64,000 bases of DNA, from assembly GCF_044324785.1 (NCBI RefSeq), contig NZ_CP172127.1; one strand, given 5' to 3'. The position numbers were made by a program, and so were the translations under genes. Below, one piece after another: positions 1 to 10,543 of this stretch; the stretch's first letter is position 1; each line of letters starts with the position of its first letter. This stretch comes from Escherichia coli. GTDB lineage: Bacteria; Pseudomonadota; Gammaproteobacteria; Enterobacterales; Enterobacteriaceae. The notes beneath the pieces were generated by a model. The model was not told the origin of the DNA. It did not search any database and saw only the letters and a program-made list of their open reading frames with translations.

Positions 1-240
1 CAAAATATCTCGATGGATCTCCCGGAAACCCTGCAAAGCCAGGCGATGCTGGAAAAACTGATGCAGACTCGCGTGCGTAACCTGCTGGCACAACCGGCAG
101 CGGGGACAACGGAAGCTAAACCTGCACCTGCACCTGCACCTGCACCTGCACCTGCACCTGCACCTGCACCTGCACCTGCACCTGCACCTGCACCTGCACC
201 GCAAGCTGATACTCCGGCAGCCGCGCCGCAAGGAGAATAA
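1..240 (+). CDS. hemX: HemX C-terminal part (5' end lies upstream of the window), ends in a Pro-Ala repeat
   Basis: Open frame from position 1 to TAA at 238-240; sits immediately upstream of hemY as in the hemCDXY operon. Identity rests on synteny and the recalled operon, not on a search. Confidence 0.8.
   Translation, partial: QNISMDLPETLQSQAMLEKLMQTRVRNLLAQPAAGTTEAKPAPAPAPAPAPAPAPAPAPAPAPAPAPQADTPAAAPQGE
121..198. repeat. Perfect hexanucleotide tandem repeat (CCTGCA) x13 encoding (Pro-Ala)13 inside hemX
   Basis: Counted directly: 13 uninterrupted CCTGCA units in frame, flanked by GAAGCTAAA and CCGCAAGCT. Confidence 0.97.
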
Positions 241-242
241 CC

Positions 243-1439
243 ATGCTAAAAGTGTTATTGCTCTTTGTTTTGCTGATTGCGGGGATAGTGGTTGGCCCGA
301 TGATTGCCGGTCATCAGGGTTACGTGCTGATCCAGACCGACAACTACAATATTGAAACCAGCGTCACTGGCCTGGCGATTATTTTGATTCTGGCGATGGT
401 AGTGCTGTTTGCCATTGAGTGGCTACTGCGGCGGATCTTCCGCACTGGCGCGCACACCCGTGGGTGGTTTGTCGGACGTAAGCGTCGCCGTGCCCGTAAG
501 CAGACCGAACAGGCGCTGCTGAAACTGGCGGAAGGCGATTATCAGCAAGTTGAAAAGCTGATGGCGAAAAATGCCGATCACGCTGAACAACCGGTGGTGA
601 ACTATCTACTGGCTGCCGAAGCCGCGCAACAACGTGGTGATGAAGCACGCGCCAACCAACATCTGGAACGCGCAGCGGAGCTGGCCGGCAACGACACAAT
701 TCCGGTAGAAATCACCCGTGTACGTCTGCAACTGGCCCGTAATGAAAACCATGCAGCACGTCACGGCGTTGATAAGCTGCTGGAAGTTACGCCACGCCAT
801 CCGGAAGTATTACGTCTGGCGGAACAGGCGTATATCCGCACAGGTGCATGGAGTTCGCTGCTGGATATCATCCCATCAATGGCGAAAGCCCACGTTGGCG
901 ATGAAGAACATCGTGCAATGCTGGAACAACAGGCATGGATTGGCCTGATGGATCAGGCGCGCGCCGATGACGGTAGCGAAGGTTTGCGAAACTGGTGGAA
1001 AAACCAAAGCCGGAAAACGCGTCATCAGGTGGCGTTACAGGTGGCAATGGCGGAACATCTTATTGAATGTGACGATCATGATACTGCTCAGCAAATTATC
1101 ATCGACGGCCTGAAACGCCAGTATGATGATCGTCTGCTGCTGCCGATCCCGCGTCTGAAAACCAATAACCCGGAACAGCTTGAAAAAGTGCTGCGCCAGC
1201 AAATCAAAAACGTCGGCGATCGCCCGCTGTTGTGGAGCACACTGGGTCAGTCGCTGATGAAGCACGGAGAATGGCAGGAAGCATCGCTCGCCTTCCGCGC
1301 AGCGCTGAAACAACGTCCGGACGCCTACGATTACGCATGGCTTGCCGACGCGCTGGACAGACTGCACAAGCCGGAAGAAGCCGCAGCGATGCGTCGCGAT
1401 GGCTTGATGTTAACGTTGCAGAACAACCCGCCACAGTAG
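243..1439 (+). CDS. hemY: HemY, 398 aa inner-membrane TPR-like protein
   Basis: 398 aa ORF with N-terminal hydrophobic segments; length and position after hemX match E. coli HemY. Confidence 0.93.
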   Translation: MLKVLLLFVLLIAGIVVGPMIAGHQGYVLIQTDNYNIETSVTGLAIILILAMVVLFAIEWLLRRIFRTGAHTRGWFVGRKRRRARKQTEQALLKLAEGDYQQVEKLMAKNADHAEQPVVNYLLAAEAAQQRGDEARANQHLERAAELAGNDTIPVEITRVRLQLARNENHAARHGVDKLLEVTPRHPEVLRLAEQAYIRTGAWSSLLDIIPSMAKAHVGDEEHRAMLEQQAWIGLMDQARADDGSEGLRNWWKNQSRKTRHQVALQVAMAEHLIECDDHDTAQQIIIDGLKRQYDDRLLLPIPRLKTNNPEQLEKVLRQQIKNVGDRPLLWSTLGQSLMKHGEWQEASLAFRAALKQRPDAYDYAWLADALDRLHKPEEAAAMRRDGLMLTLQNNPPQ

Positions 1440-1449
1440 TTCTTTCTCA

Positions 1450-1471
1450 CCCGGAGGCAAGCACCTCCGGG
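1450..1471 (+). terminator. GC-rich hairpin just after hemY stop, candidate hemY terminator
   Basis: CCCGGAGG / CCTCCGGG stem with 6-nt loop 11 nt after the stop; T-tract is weak. Confidence 0.4.
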
Positions 1472-1486
1472 ACCTTTCTGATACAT

Positions 1487-1693
1487 AAAAAAACGCCTGC
1501 TCTTATTACGGAGCAGGCGTTAAAACAGGTCTGTATGACAACAAGTGGGTGCTTCACTCAACGTTGTGTCCATGGTGTCTGATGAGGCATAAGCGACATC
1601 TGTCAGTGGACGATAAGCACCGTAAACGGCTCTGCGTCATTCCGGAGTTTATGAGGCACTAAGGCGAACATAAGAGATGGAATGAGCATCTAC
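1487..1693 (-). ncRNA. glmZ: GlmZ small RNA (about 207 nt) with intrinsic terminator at its 3' end
   Basis: Minus-strand sequence begins GUAGAUGCUCAUUCC and ends in a hairpin (stem 1493-1502 / 1511-1520) plus U7, matching the recalled GlmZ sequence; location between hemY and aslA matches the known locus. Confidence 0.8.
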
Positions 1694-2117
1694 TCGTTTA
1701 TTATGCCACAGAGAACCGGGAAATAACATCCCTTAACACTTGTTATGAGATAATTCTGTAATCCTCTTTGCTTCCTGAGTAATAACTTCCTGAGTGAATA
1801 TTTCTCCTGCGCACGATTCTACACATATATATAATGAATAATAAAAGTCATTCAATTAATAACATATATATTAATTGCCGTTAAAACTAAAAACAGCATC
1901 AATAATCAACGCGATATAACATCACCGCCTTACATATCACCTGCGCCAGAGGTAGGATTGAAAACGCTCTCCTGATTTTCCAATTCATTTTCTGGATAAA
2001 TAAATAATTTATTTTTATCACTATTATTTATGCAATCATCCTGTCAGGGAGAGGGATCTCAATTATCAATGCTTAATTACGTCAACATTTTGACGACATG
2101 AAACCGGAGCATTTTGC

Positions 2118-3773
2118 ATGGAATTTTCGTTTTCACCCAAACTTCTTGTTGTGGCTGTCGCCGCCGCTCTTCCACTCATGGCCAACGCAGCAGATACCCC
2201 GTCAACCGCCACCGCACGCAAAGGCTTTGCCGGATACGATCACCCAAACCAGTATCTGGTTAAACCGGCGACCACTATTGCCGACAACATGATGCCGGTG
2301 ATGCAGCATCCTGCACAAGACAAAGAAACCCAGCAGAAGCTGGCAGAACTTGAGAAAAAAACCGGTAAGAAACCGAACGTGGTTGTTTTCTTGCTGGATG
2401 ATGTGGGCTGGATGGATGTTGGCTTTAACGGCGGCGGCGTGGCGGTGGGTAACCCTACACCAGATATCGACGCCGTTGCCAGCCAGGGGCTGATTTTAAC
2501 TTCGGCGTATTCTCAACCGAGTTCTTCCCCAACCCGCGCCACGATTCTTACCGGACAATACTCCATCCACCACGGCATTCTGATGCCGCCAATGTACGGG
2601 CAACCGGGCGGTCTGCAAGGGTTAACCACTCTGCCGCAGTTGCTGCACGATCAGGGCTACGTCACTCAGGCCATCGGGAAATGGCATATGGGGGAAAACA
2701 AAGAGTCGCAGCCGCAGAACGTTGGCTTTGATGATTTCCGCGGCTTTAACTCGGTATCCGATATGTATACCGAATGGCGTGATGTTCACGTCAACCCGGA
2801 AGTCGCCCTGAGCCCGGATCGTTCTGAATACATCCAAAAACTGCCGTTCAGCAAAGATGACGTTCATGCCGTGCGCGGCGGTGAACAGGAAGCCATTGCC
2901 GACATTACGCCGAAATATATGGAAGACCTGGATCAACGCTGGATGGAATATGGCGTTAAGTTCCTCGACAAGATGGCGAAGAGCGATAAGCCTTTCTTCC
3001 TCTACTACGGCACTCGCGGCTGTCACTTCGATAACTACCCAAATGCGAAATATGCGGGTAGCTCTCCGGCGCGCACCTCTTACGGCGACTGCATGGTGGA
3101 GATGAACGATATCTTCGCCAATCTGTATAAAGCACTGGAGAAAAACTGTCAGCTTGATAACACGCTGATTGTGTTCACCTCTGATAACGGTCCGGAAGCC
3201 GAAGTTCCGCCGCACGGTCGCACACCGTTCCGCGGTGCGAAAGGTTCTACATGGGAAGGCGGCGTTCGTGTGCCAACCTTCGTTTACTGGAAAGGCATGA
3301 TCCAACCGCGTAAATCTGACGGCATTGTCGATCTGGCGGATCTCTTCCCTACGGCGCTGGATCTGGCGGGGCATCCTGGGGCGAAAGTAGCGAATTTAGT
3401 ACCGAAAACCACCTTTATCGATGGTGTGGACCAGACATCTTTCTTCCTGGGAACAAATGGTCAGTCTAACCGTAAGGCCGAGCACTACTTCCTCAACGGT
3501 AAACTTTCTGCTGTGCGTATGGATGAGTTCAAGTATCACGTCCTGATCCAGCAACCGTACGCGTATACCCAGAGCGGGTATCAGGGTGGATTCACCGGCA
3601 CAGTAATGCAAACGGCGGGATCGTCGGTGTTTAACCTGTACACCGATCCGCAGGAAAGCGACTCCATCGGCGTGCGCCATATCCCAATGGGTGTACCGCT
3701 ACAGACCGAAATGCACGCGTATATGGAGATCCTGAAAAAATATCCACCACGCGCGCAGATTAAATCTGATTAA
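2118..3773 (+). CDS. aslA: Arylsulfatase-family protein AslA, 551 aa with signal peptide
   Basis: 551 aa ORF; N-terminal signal-like segment and sulfatase-type motifs (LLDDVGW, sulfatase fold); length matches E. coli AslA. Confidence 0.92.
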   Translation: MEFSFSPKLLVVAVAAALPLMANAADTPSTATARKGFAGYDHPNQYLVKPATTIADNMMPVMQHPAQDKETQQKLAELEKKTGKKPNVVVFLLDDVGWMDVGFNGGGVAVGNPTPDIDAVASQGLILTSAYSQPSSSPTRATILTGQYSIHHGILMPPMYGQPGGLQGLTTLPQLLHDQGYVTQAIGKWHMGENKESQPQNVGFDDFRGFNSVSDMYTEWRDVHVNPEVALSPDRSEYIQKLPFSKDDVHAVRGGEQEAIADITPKYMEDLDQRWMEYGVKFLDKMAKSDKPFFLYYGTRGCHFDNYPNAKYAGSSPARTSYGDCMVEMNDIFANLYKALEKNCQLDNTLIVFTSDNGPEAEVPPHGRTPFRGAKGSTWEGGVRVPTFVYWKGMIQPRKSDGIVDLADLFPTALDLAGHPGAKVANLVPKTTFIDGVDQTSFFLGTNGQSNRKAEHYFLNGKLSAVRMDEFKYHVLIQQPYAYTQSGYQGGFTGTVMQTAGSSVFNLYTDPQESDSIGVRHIPMGVPLQTEMHAYMEILKKYPPRAQIKSD

Positions 3774-3809
3774 GCCGGCGCTATCGCTACATCGGGCCAC
3801 ACTGACCTT

Positions 3810-3839
3810 GCCGGATGCGGCGTGAACGCCTTATCCGGC
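3810..3839. repeat. REP (repetitive extragenic palindromic) element
   Basis: GCCGGATGCGGCGTGAACGCCTTATCCGGC matches the E. coli REP consensus; lies between convergent aslA and aslB. Confidence 0.75.
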
Positions 3840-3851
3840 AATCAACCGCAG

Positions 3852-3876
3852 GCGGCCACAAAATGGCCGCTTTTTT
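3852..3876 (+). terminator. Intrinsic terminator after aslA, overlapping the aslB stop
   Basis: GCGGCCA / TGGCCGC stem with CAAAA loop followed by TTTTTT. Confidence 0.6.
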
Positions 3877-5110
3877 ACTTATTCACCACCATCAAATGCG
3901 CCTGCATAATGTCGCTGGCCGGACGACCGTGCGCCAGCAAATCAGCCATTGCTTTAAGATATGGCGGTAGATGGCGGAAATAACGCTGATACCCGGCACA
4001 CAAATAATTCAGCCCGGGTTTGCCGCTGGCATCGAGCATAAAGCGGTGTTTCGGACAGCCTCCCCAGCACGCTTTTAACACGTTGCAACTGCGACACTGC
4101 GCCGGTAACTGCTTAAATTTATCTTCACCAAACACCTGCTGTTGCGGGGAATCGATCATTTCTGCAATTGTTTGCTGGTGCATATTCCCCAGCCGATATT
4201 GCGGATAAACATAGTGATCGCAGGCGTAAACGTCGCCGTTGTGCTCAACAATCACCGAGCGCCCACAGGTTGGCTGATGATGGCAAACCGCACCTGGCGC
4301 ACCGACAAAATTGGCAAACGTCCATTCGATATTCATCACGAAAATCTTGCCGACGTCGCGTTTAATCCAGTGGTCGAATATCGCCACCAGAAATTCACCA
4401 AATTCATCGGGGCGCACCGACCATTCCGTCAGTTCGCCCTGAATATCGCCAGGCGCATGCAATTTCAGTCCATCGCGGGCAGCTGTTTCATCAGCCAGAC
4501 GCTCGACCACCGGAATAAACTGGATGAATTCCACTCCCGCATCGCACAAAAAATCATAAACCTGCAACGGTTGCTGCGCGCTGGTGCGGTTGACGCAGAC
4601 CAGCACGTTATAGTCGACATGATGTTTTTGCAGGAGCGTCAGGGCACGCATCACCAGCTTATGCGTTGGTCTGCCGCCTTTGGTCACGCGATATTGATTG
4701 TGGATCTCAGCCGGACCATCCAGCGATAACCCAACAAGAAAATGATTTTCTGCCAGAAATGCACACCATTCGTCATCAAGCAGAACGCCGTTAGTCTGGA
4801 AGCTGTTACTTATCTTCCTGCCAGCACCATATTTCGCCTGTAGCACCACGGCACGGCGGTAAAAATCCAGCCCGAGTAACGTTGGTTCGCCACCCTGCCA
4901 GGTAAAAGCCACTTCGTTTTGGGTTTCGCTGGCAGCGATATAGTGACGGACATACGCTTCCAGCGTGTCATCGTCCATATGAGTGACTGGCTTTTCGCGG
5001 TAAAGGGATTGTTTTTCGAGATAAAAACAGTAGTCACAGTTCAGATTACAATCGGAACCGCTCGGTTTCGCCATCACATGAAAAGCACGCGTTGGAACCT
5101 GTTGCAGCAT
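3875..5110 (-). CDS. aslB: Anaerobic sulfatase-maturating enzyme homolog AslB (radical SAM), 411 aa
   Basis: ORF with CxxxCxxC radical-SAM motif (CNLNCDYC). Start placed at ATG 5108-5110 (MLQQVPTRAF...) to match the recalled 411 aa; the ORF track start at 5140 is 10 codons longer. Confidence 0.88.
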   Translation of the reverse strand: MLQQVPTRAFHVMAKPSGSDCNLNCDYCFYLEKQSLYREKPVTHMDDDTLEAYVRHYIAASETQNEVAFTWQGGEPTLLGLDFYRRAVVLQAKYGAGRKISNSFQTNGVLLDDEWCAFLAENHFLVGLSLDGPAEIHNQYRVTKGGRPTHKLVMRALTLLQKHHVDYNVLVCVNRTSAQQPLQVYDFLCDAGVEFIQFIPVVERLADETAARDGLKLHAPGDIQGELTEWSVRPDEFGEFLVAIFDHWIKRDVGKIFVMNIEWTFANFVGAPGAVCHHQPTCGRSVIVEHNGDVYACDHYVYPQYRLGNMHQQTIAEMIDSPQQQVFGEDKFKQLPAQCRSCNVLKACWGGCPKHRFMLDASGKPGLNYLCAGYQRYFRHLPPYLKAMADLLAHGRPASDIMQAHLMVVNK

Positions 5111-5221
5111 GGTCGCTCCTTGCCTGAAGTCATCCTTCAATAAGTTAAGGGCGAAATCATACCGTGGCGCAATGAGTTATTACGGGCGTTTATTGCGAAG
5201 GGAAAGTGACGAAATGCACAG

Positions 5222-5250
5222 AAAACAAAAAACCCCGCCGAAGCGGGGTT
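5222..5250 (-). terminator. Intrinsic terminator of the argX-hisR-leuT-proM tRNA operon
   Basis: CCCCGC / GCGGGG hairpin followed on the minus strand by a U-rich run, directly 3' of tRNA-Pro. Confidence 0.7.
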
Positions 5251-5256
5251 CAAAAT

Positions 5257-5333
5257 TGGTCGGCGAGAGAGGATTCGAACCTCCGACCCACTGGTCCCAA
5301 ACCAGTTGCGCTACCAAGCTGCGCTACTCGCCG
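5257..5333 (-). tRNA. proM: tRNA-Pro (anticodon UGG)
   Basis: 77 nt; reverse complement reads CGGCGAGUAGCGCAGCUUGGUAGCGCAACUGGUUUGGGACCAGUGGGUCGGAGGUUCGAAUCCUCUCUCGCCGACCA; cloverleaf and anticodon loop read manually. Confidence 0.95.
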
Positions 5334-5375
5334 AAATACTGCTTTTTGAATTTTTAGTTCAATTCTTTAAAGTCG

Positions 5376-5462
5376 TGGTGCGAGGGGGGGGACTTGAACC
5401 CCCACGTCCGTAAGGACACTAACACCTGAAGCTAGCGCGTCTACCAATTCCGCCACCTTCGC
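5376..5462 (-). tRNA. leuT: tRNA-Leu (anticodon CAG), long variable arm
   Basis: 87 nt, 5' GCGAAGGUGGCGGAAUUGGUAGACGCG..., anticodon loop CUUCAGG, ends CCA. Confidence 0.95.
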
Positions 5463-5482
5463 ATTGTCACAACTTCTAATAA

Positions 5483-5559
5483 TGGGGTGGCTAATGGGAT
5501 TCGAACCCACGACAACTGGAATCACAATCCAGGGCTCTACCAACTGAGCTATAGCCACC
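5483..5559 (-). tRNA. hisR: tRNA-His (anticodon GUG) including the extra 5' G-1
   Basis: GUGGCUAUAGCUCAGUUGGUAGAGCCCUGGAUUGUGAUUCCAG...CCA read on the minus strand. Confidence 0.95.
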
Positions 5560-5616
5560 ACTACAAATCTTGTTACGCGGTATTACTACCACCGCAGCTC
5601 AAGCGCCGGGACTAAA

Positions 5617-5693
<77 letters not shown>

Positions 5694-5714
5694 TTAGCGC
5701 CGTTGCGGGGGTGG

Positions 5715-5743
5715 ATAATACGGACTTCCCACCCCTCTGTCTA
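5715..5743 (-). promoter_or_regulatory. Candidate sigma70 promoter of the tRNA operon (-35 TAGACA, 17 bp spacer, -10 TATTAT, GC-rich discriminator)
   Basis: Hexamers read on the minus strand about 20 nt upstream of argX; AT-rich UP-like tract further upstream. Confidence 0.5.
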
Positions 5744-5795
5744 GTCCCTTTTTAAATAAATTGCGCGTTTGGTTACGGTTTGTGCGTTTTGCTGC

Positions 5796-7181
5796 TTATT
5801 CCTCCAGTTTATGCGCTTTACCGTGGCGATTAAGCCCAAAAACTTTATAAATCGCCGTCACCGCCAGCATAAAGATGATGCCGACAAACAGCGACATACG
5901 CGTATCTTCATTAAAGTACATGCCGATCAAAACGCAAATCAGGAATGCCATTGTTACGTAGTTGGCCCACGGGAACAGGATTGAGCGGAACGGATGGCTG
6001 GCAATCGCCGCTTTATGCGCACGACGAAAACGCAGCTGGCTTATCAATATCACAAACCATGGCACCATCCCCGGAAGCACGCTGGCACTGTAGACGTAGA
6101 CAAACACACGCTGCGGATTGGGAATGACGTAGTTCAGGCATGAGCCAATTAACAGGATAGCAATAGATACTGCCACACCCGCAACCGGTACGCCGTGACG
6201 GGAAACTTTCGCCATCGCCGCCGGTAACTGACGGTTTTTCGCCAGTGCGTAGAGCATACGTCCGCAACTGTACATGCCGCTGTTACAGCCAGAGAGCGCA
6301 GCCGTCAGCACCACAAAGTTGATAATGCCCGCCGCTGCGGTAATACCGATTTTGGCGAAAGTCAGTACGAACGGGCTGCCGTTACTGCCTATTTCATTCC
6401 ACGGGAAGATGGTGACGATAACGAAAATCGCGCCTACGTAGAAAATCAGGATACGCCACAACACTTTGCCTACGGCACTGCGCAGCGTCACCTGCGGATT
6501 CTTCGCTTCACCGGCAGTAATGCCAATCAGCTCCACGCCCTGGTAGGACGCCACCACAATACACAATGCGGTCAGGAACCCTTTCCAGCCACCCGCAAAG
6601 AAACCGCCATGCTCTGTGAGATTGCTAAAACCAATCGACTGCCCGCCATTGCCAAAACCAAAGAAAATCACGCCCAGGCCAATGACAATCATCACGATAA
6701 TCGTGGTGACTTTGATCATCGCGAACCAGAACTCGATTTCGCCGTACAACCGCACCGCCGCCAGATTCGCCAGCGCCACCAGCGCCACCGCGATCAATGC
6801 GGGTATCCACTGCGCCATCTCCGGGAACCAGAACTGGACATAAACGCCAATGGCGGTGATTTCTGAGATCCCCACCGCCATCCACATAAACCAGTAAGAC
6901 CAGGCGGTGAGATAACCAAAGAACGGGCTCATATAACGATGCGCGTAAACGGCGAACGAACCGGTAACCGGTTCGAGGAACAACATTTCGCCCATTGAAC
7001 GCATGATGAAAAAGACGAACAGCCCGGCGATGATATAGGCCAACAATACGGATGGCCCGGCCCATTTCAGGGTACTGGCGGCCCCCATAAACAGGCCGAC
7101 GCCAATGGTGCCCCCCAGGGCGATGAGTTCGATATGTCGAGCTTCCAGCCCACGCTGTAGCTCTGGTTTGTTATCTGCCAT
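5796..7181 (-). CDS. yifK: APC-family amino acid permease YifK, 461 aa
   Basis: 461 aa polytopic membrane ORF with amino-acid permease signature; synteny next to the wec cluster. Confidence 0.9.
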   Translation of the reverse strand: MADNKPELQRGLEARHIELIALGGTIGVGLFMGAASTLKWAGPSVLLAYIIAGLFVFFIMRSMGEMLFLEPVTGSFAVYAHRYMSPFFGYLTAWSYWFMWMAVGISEITAIGVYVQFWFPEMAQWIPALIAVALVALANLAAVRLYGEIEFWFAMIKVTTIIVMIVIGLGVIFFGFGNGGQSIGFSNLTEHGGFFAGGWKGFLTALCIVVASYQGVELIGITAGEAKNPQVTLRSAVGKVLWRILIFYVGAIFVIVTIFPWNEIGSNGSPFVLTFAKIGITAAAGIINFVVLTAALSGCNSGMYSCGRMLYALAKNRQLPAAMAKVSRHGVPVAGVAVSIAILLIGSCLNYVIPNPQRVFVYVYSASVLPGMVPWFVILISQLRFRRAHKAAIASHPFRSILFPWANYVTMAFLICVLIGMYFNEDTRMSLFVGIIFMLAVTAIYKVFGLNRHGKAHKLEE

Positions 7182-7371
7182 AAATCCTCGTGTTGTGTTT
7201 GCATGCTTTCCGGTGTTACCGGTTATCGTTATGGGTACATCGAGTGTTGCGAATGTTTTCGTAATTCAGGAGAAATGGCAAATAAAGCATTAAAAATTTG
7301 AATGCTTTGTGTAATAAAAAAGCAGACAGGCGACGAAGTGACCACTCCGTCGCTTTACAAAGAGAGGAAAA

Positions 7372-8112
7372 TCAGAGGTTGCCGGTGTAATGCCAGCGTA
7401 AATAACGCAGCAAACGAAGCTGACGCTTAATGCGGCTCGGCTGCGAAAGTAGGCGGTAGAGCCACTCCAGCCCCAGCGTTTGCCAGATTTTCGGTGCGCG
7501 TTTCACGTGACCGGTGAAAACATCGTAAGTCCCGCCAACGCCCATATACAGCGCATCCGGATGCACCAGACGGCAGTCGCGCATGAAGATCTCCTGCTTT
7601 GGCGATCCCATCGCAACGGTGACGATTTGCGCTCCACTGGCATGAATGCGTTCAAACAGCGCCTGACGCTGCTCGGGTTTAAAATAACCATCCTGACTGC
7701 CAACGATATTCACATTCCACTGATTGCGCAGTTTAGCTTCAGTTTGCGCCAGCACTTCATGTTTACCGCCTACAAGAAATACCGGCGTCCCTTCTTTGCC
7801 TGCGCGCGCCATCAGCTCTTCCCAGAGATCGGCCCCGGCAACGCGGGAAACCTGCGCCTGCGGGTACTTTTTACGTACTGAACGTACAACGCTGATGCCA
7901 TCCGCATATTTAAATTCGGCAGCGTTAATTAACTCCCGGACCTCGGCGTTATCTTCAATGGTCAGCATTTTTTCGGCATTAATGGCAACCAGCGTTCCCT
8001 GCTTAAGCTGCCCGTCAGCGAACAGATAATCGAGGGCGTGCTGCATATCACGCCAACCAATCAACTGTAAGCCACGCAGCGTATAGGTCGGTGCCGTGGT
8101 ATTGTTATTCAT
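7372..8112 (-). CDS. wecG: UDP-N-acetyl-D-mannosaminuronic acid transferase (ECA synthesis), 246 aa
   Basis: 246 aa ORF, last gene of the ECA cluster by synteny. Confidence 0.9.
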   Translation of the reverse strand: MNNNTTAPTYTLRGLQLIGWRDMQHALDYLFADGQLKQGTLVAINAEKMLTIEDNAEVRELINAAEFKYADGISVVRSVRKKYPQAQVSRVAGADLWEELMARAGKEGTPVFLVGGKHEVLAQTEAKLRNQWNVNIVGSQDGYFKPEQRQALFERIHASGAQIVTVAMGSPKQEIFMRDCRLVHPDALYMGVGGTYDVFTGHVKRAPKIWQTLGLEWLYRLLSQPSRIKRQLRLLRYLRWHYTGNL

Positions 8113-8114
8113 TG

Positions 8115-9467
8115 TTATCCTTCAACCTGCGTCCGGAGCGATGATTTTGTTCGTTTATGAATGAGTCCGGCGCTTTCAAAAAGCCAGTACAACAGTTTTG
8201 CGATCATCAGACATGCGCCGAAGACCACGATAAAAAAGACCACGCGTGAGACAAACGAATCCAGCCCTTCACGCGCCAGCACGATCATATTGAAGATCGC
8301 CCCAAAGCAGAAACTGTGCAATATCGCAGCCTTATAGCGATTAGTCTCTCGGTTGCCCAGCTCATACAGCCAGTCGAACCATTTGATGATCAGTCCAACC
8401 ACGATCGCCCCGAGCGGGATGAACAACGCGCCGCCCATAACAACCAGTGAGCCTATAAGCGTAGGCGAGATCGCCAGCCCGGAGTGGTTATTCAGCACTT
8501 CCCAGGTAAAGTAGTTGGCGGAGTTCAGTACCATACTCGGGCGACCCGGCCACAGCCAGGAAGGGATAAAGACATAGAAATCGCGGACAATGGGAGCCAG
8601 ACCCTGGAAGTCGATGTTGTCGTAGTTCTGCAACAGCAATGCCAGATTCTCCCACGGCGAAAAGGTATCGCGGGTGAGATAGAGAAACGTATAGAACGCT
8701 TCATCACCGCTCACATTCATTCCATAGCGTTTTAGCGCCAGCCAGAACATGCCAACAATCCCCAGCACGCCCGCTGCCGCCAGCATCCACAACGAAATCC
8801 AGCCGCGAATAATGCCAATAAACAGGAAGATAGCGAATGCGATGATGATATTGGCGCGAGTGCCGCCGACAATCATATAAGTCAGCAAGCCAAAAGCGAC
8901 CGTGCTGACGAGGAAAAACAGCCACGCTTTGCTGTCCTGGCGCAGAAAGTAGACCACCAGCATCGCCGGGATGAAAAAGTAAAAGAAGCGTTTTAACGCC
9001 ACGCCGGAGACTTCACTGGAGAAGATCTGACTGTAGGAGTTAAGCCGGAACAGCAAAAAGCCGTTGTGCATGAAGAAGATGCCGACGCTTACCAGCGCGA
9101 TGCCCATCAGGATCACCCACGTAAGATTGGTCTCCACGCGGTTCATGGTAAACAGCGGACGGCGCGGTACATCAGCAACGCGTTTGCGTAGGCGGGTTTT
9201 GTAGGTGACGTAGTAAACCGCGTAGAAGCAGCCCGCAGAAAGCAACGCCTGCAACAAGATTTCTGGCGGCGCGACACCAACATCAAAGCGAAATACCAGC
9301 ACGCTGGTCAGCGGGAAGCCGAAGAAAAAGGTGAGCAAAAACAGCAATGAAAAGAAGACATTGAAGTTAAAGCGCACACGGCGAAACTCAAACCAGGTCA
9401 GCGTGGCAATAAACAACGTACAGAGCAGCCAGACAACAAACAGGCCACTGAATTGCAGCAGACTCAT
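8115..9467 (-). CDS. wzyE: ECA polymerase WzyE, 450 aa polytopic membrane protein
   Basis: 450 aa highly hydrophobic ORF; position in cluster. Confidence 0.9.
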
Positions 9468-10543
9468 GCGACCTCCCCGGCGGCAATAGCCAACGCCCGC
9501 TGCCAGCCTTGCAGATAGTTCGGGCTAAAGAAGGCAATGGTGTTTTTATCCACCGACGCCAACTGGCGCTGCGCTTCACGCACAATATCCTCGTTGAGAT
9601 CATCGGTAGTAAACAGTACTGGCAAATGCTGTTCCGTCATATCCTGCCAGAACGGATTTTCCCGGTTAAGCACACAAGGAATGCCCGCCTGAATCAGTAA
9701 GCAAAGCGTACCAATGCCCTGCTGGCGGGCAAAAATAAAGTAACCGAGATCGCACTGGCGAAGTAGCGTCAGATAGGCGTCAAATTCCAGTTTTTCGCTC
9801 AGAACTTGTAGATTTTCTTCGCTGAATAACTCCAGTCCCGCCTGACGAACTTCCTCGATGTACGCTTCGTTATTAGGCGGATATCCCATCGGCACCACCA
9901 CTTTTACCGTATCGCCAAATTGCTGATGAACGGCGCGCAAGGCAGCAATATGCTCATTGCTGCGGTCACCGGAGTTCCCCACCAGAATGGTCATTTTTCC
10001 TTCACGTTGCCGATCGTTCGCCATCGTATTAAGAGAAGGGTCCATCCGCGTCGGGAAGTACAGCAGTTCTCCCCGCACCTTTGGATGCGTTTTGGCAAAA
10101 AAGCTCAAATCACCGCGGGTGGCAAATACACAGCCGACTCTCTTTTGCGCCAAGCGACGTAGCGGGTAAAAAAGCTTATATCTCAAGCCACTGGAAAGCT
10201 CGTACAGGTCTGCCCCCCAGATATGCCAGTAAAACTGGCTGGGCTTAATGCCACCACTCAGCAGAGCCAGCCACAGTGTGGGATTGAACTGACCGTGGAA
10301 GAAAAAACGCTGCTGACGGTTAGCTTTTGCTTTCGCGATGACCGCTTCCGCCAGCGATTTTTTCCCAGGGAAAAATTGCACAGAAAGCGTCGGACAGCTA
10401 TCACTTAAGCCGTCGTCCTTGCCAACAACCATAAACTCGCGCGCGTGCTCGCTCGTCGCGGCCAGCGCGTCATTGAAAAACCGCAAAACGGTTCGGTTAT
10501 GGTGAGGGATATCCGATCCCAGTACGTGAATCAGTACAGTCAT
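9464..10543 (-). CDS. wecF: TDP-Fuc4NAc:lipid II 4-alpha-L-fucosaminyltransferase, 359 aa
   Basis: 359 aa ORF; 4-bp overlap with wzyE; synteny. Confidence 0.9.

Noticed and set aside
1694-1740. Possible sigma54 (-24/-12) promoter upstream of glmZ
   Set aside because: TGGCAT is present but the downstream spacing and GC element do not fit TGGCAC-N5-TTGCA convincingly; a sigma70-type -10 (CATAAT) is more plausible.
2622-3374. 250-aa minus-strand ORF inside aslA
   Set aside because: Lies wholly antisense within a recognised gene, with no start context and no recognisable motif; a shadow ORF.
5381-5390. G8/G9 homopolymer as a possible phase-variable tract
   Set aside because: It is the complement of the conserved C-run in the T-arm region of tRNA-Leu (leuT), not an intergenic slippage tract.
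7284-7354. Two hairpins downstream of wecG as the wec operon terminator
   Set aside because: Stems are short or AT-rich, and the U-tract is separated from the GC stem by 8 nt; too weak to list as a feature, although some termination here is likely.
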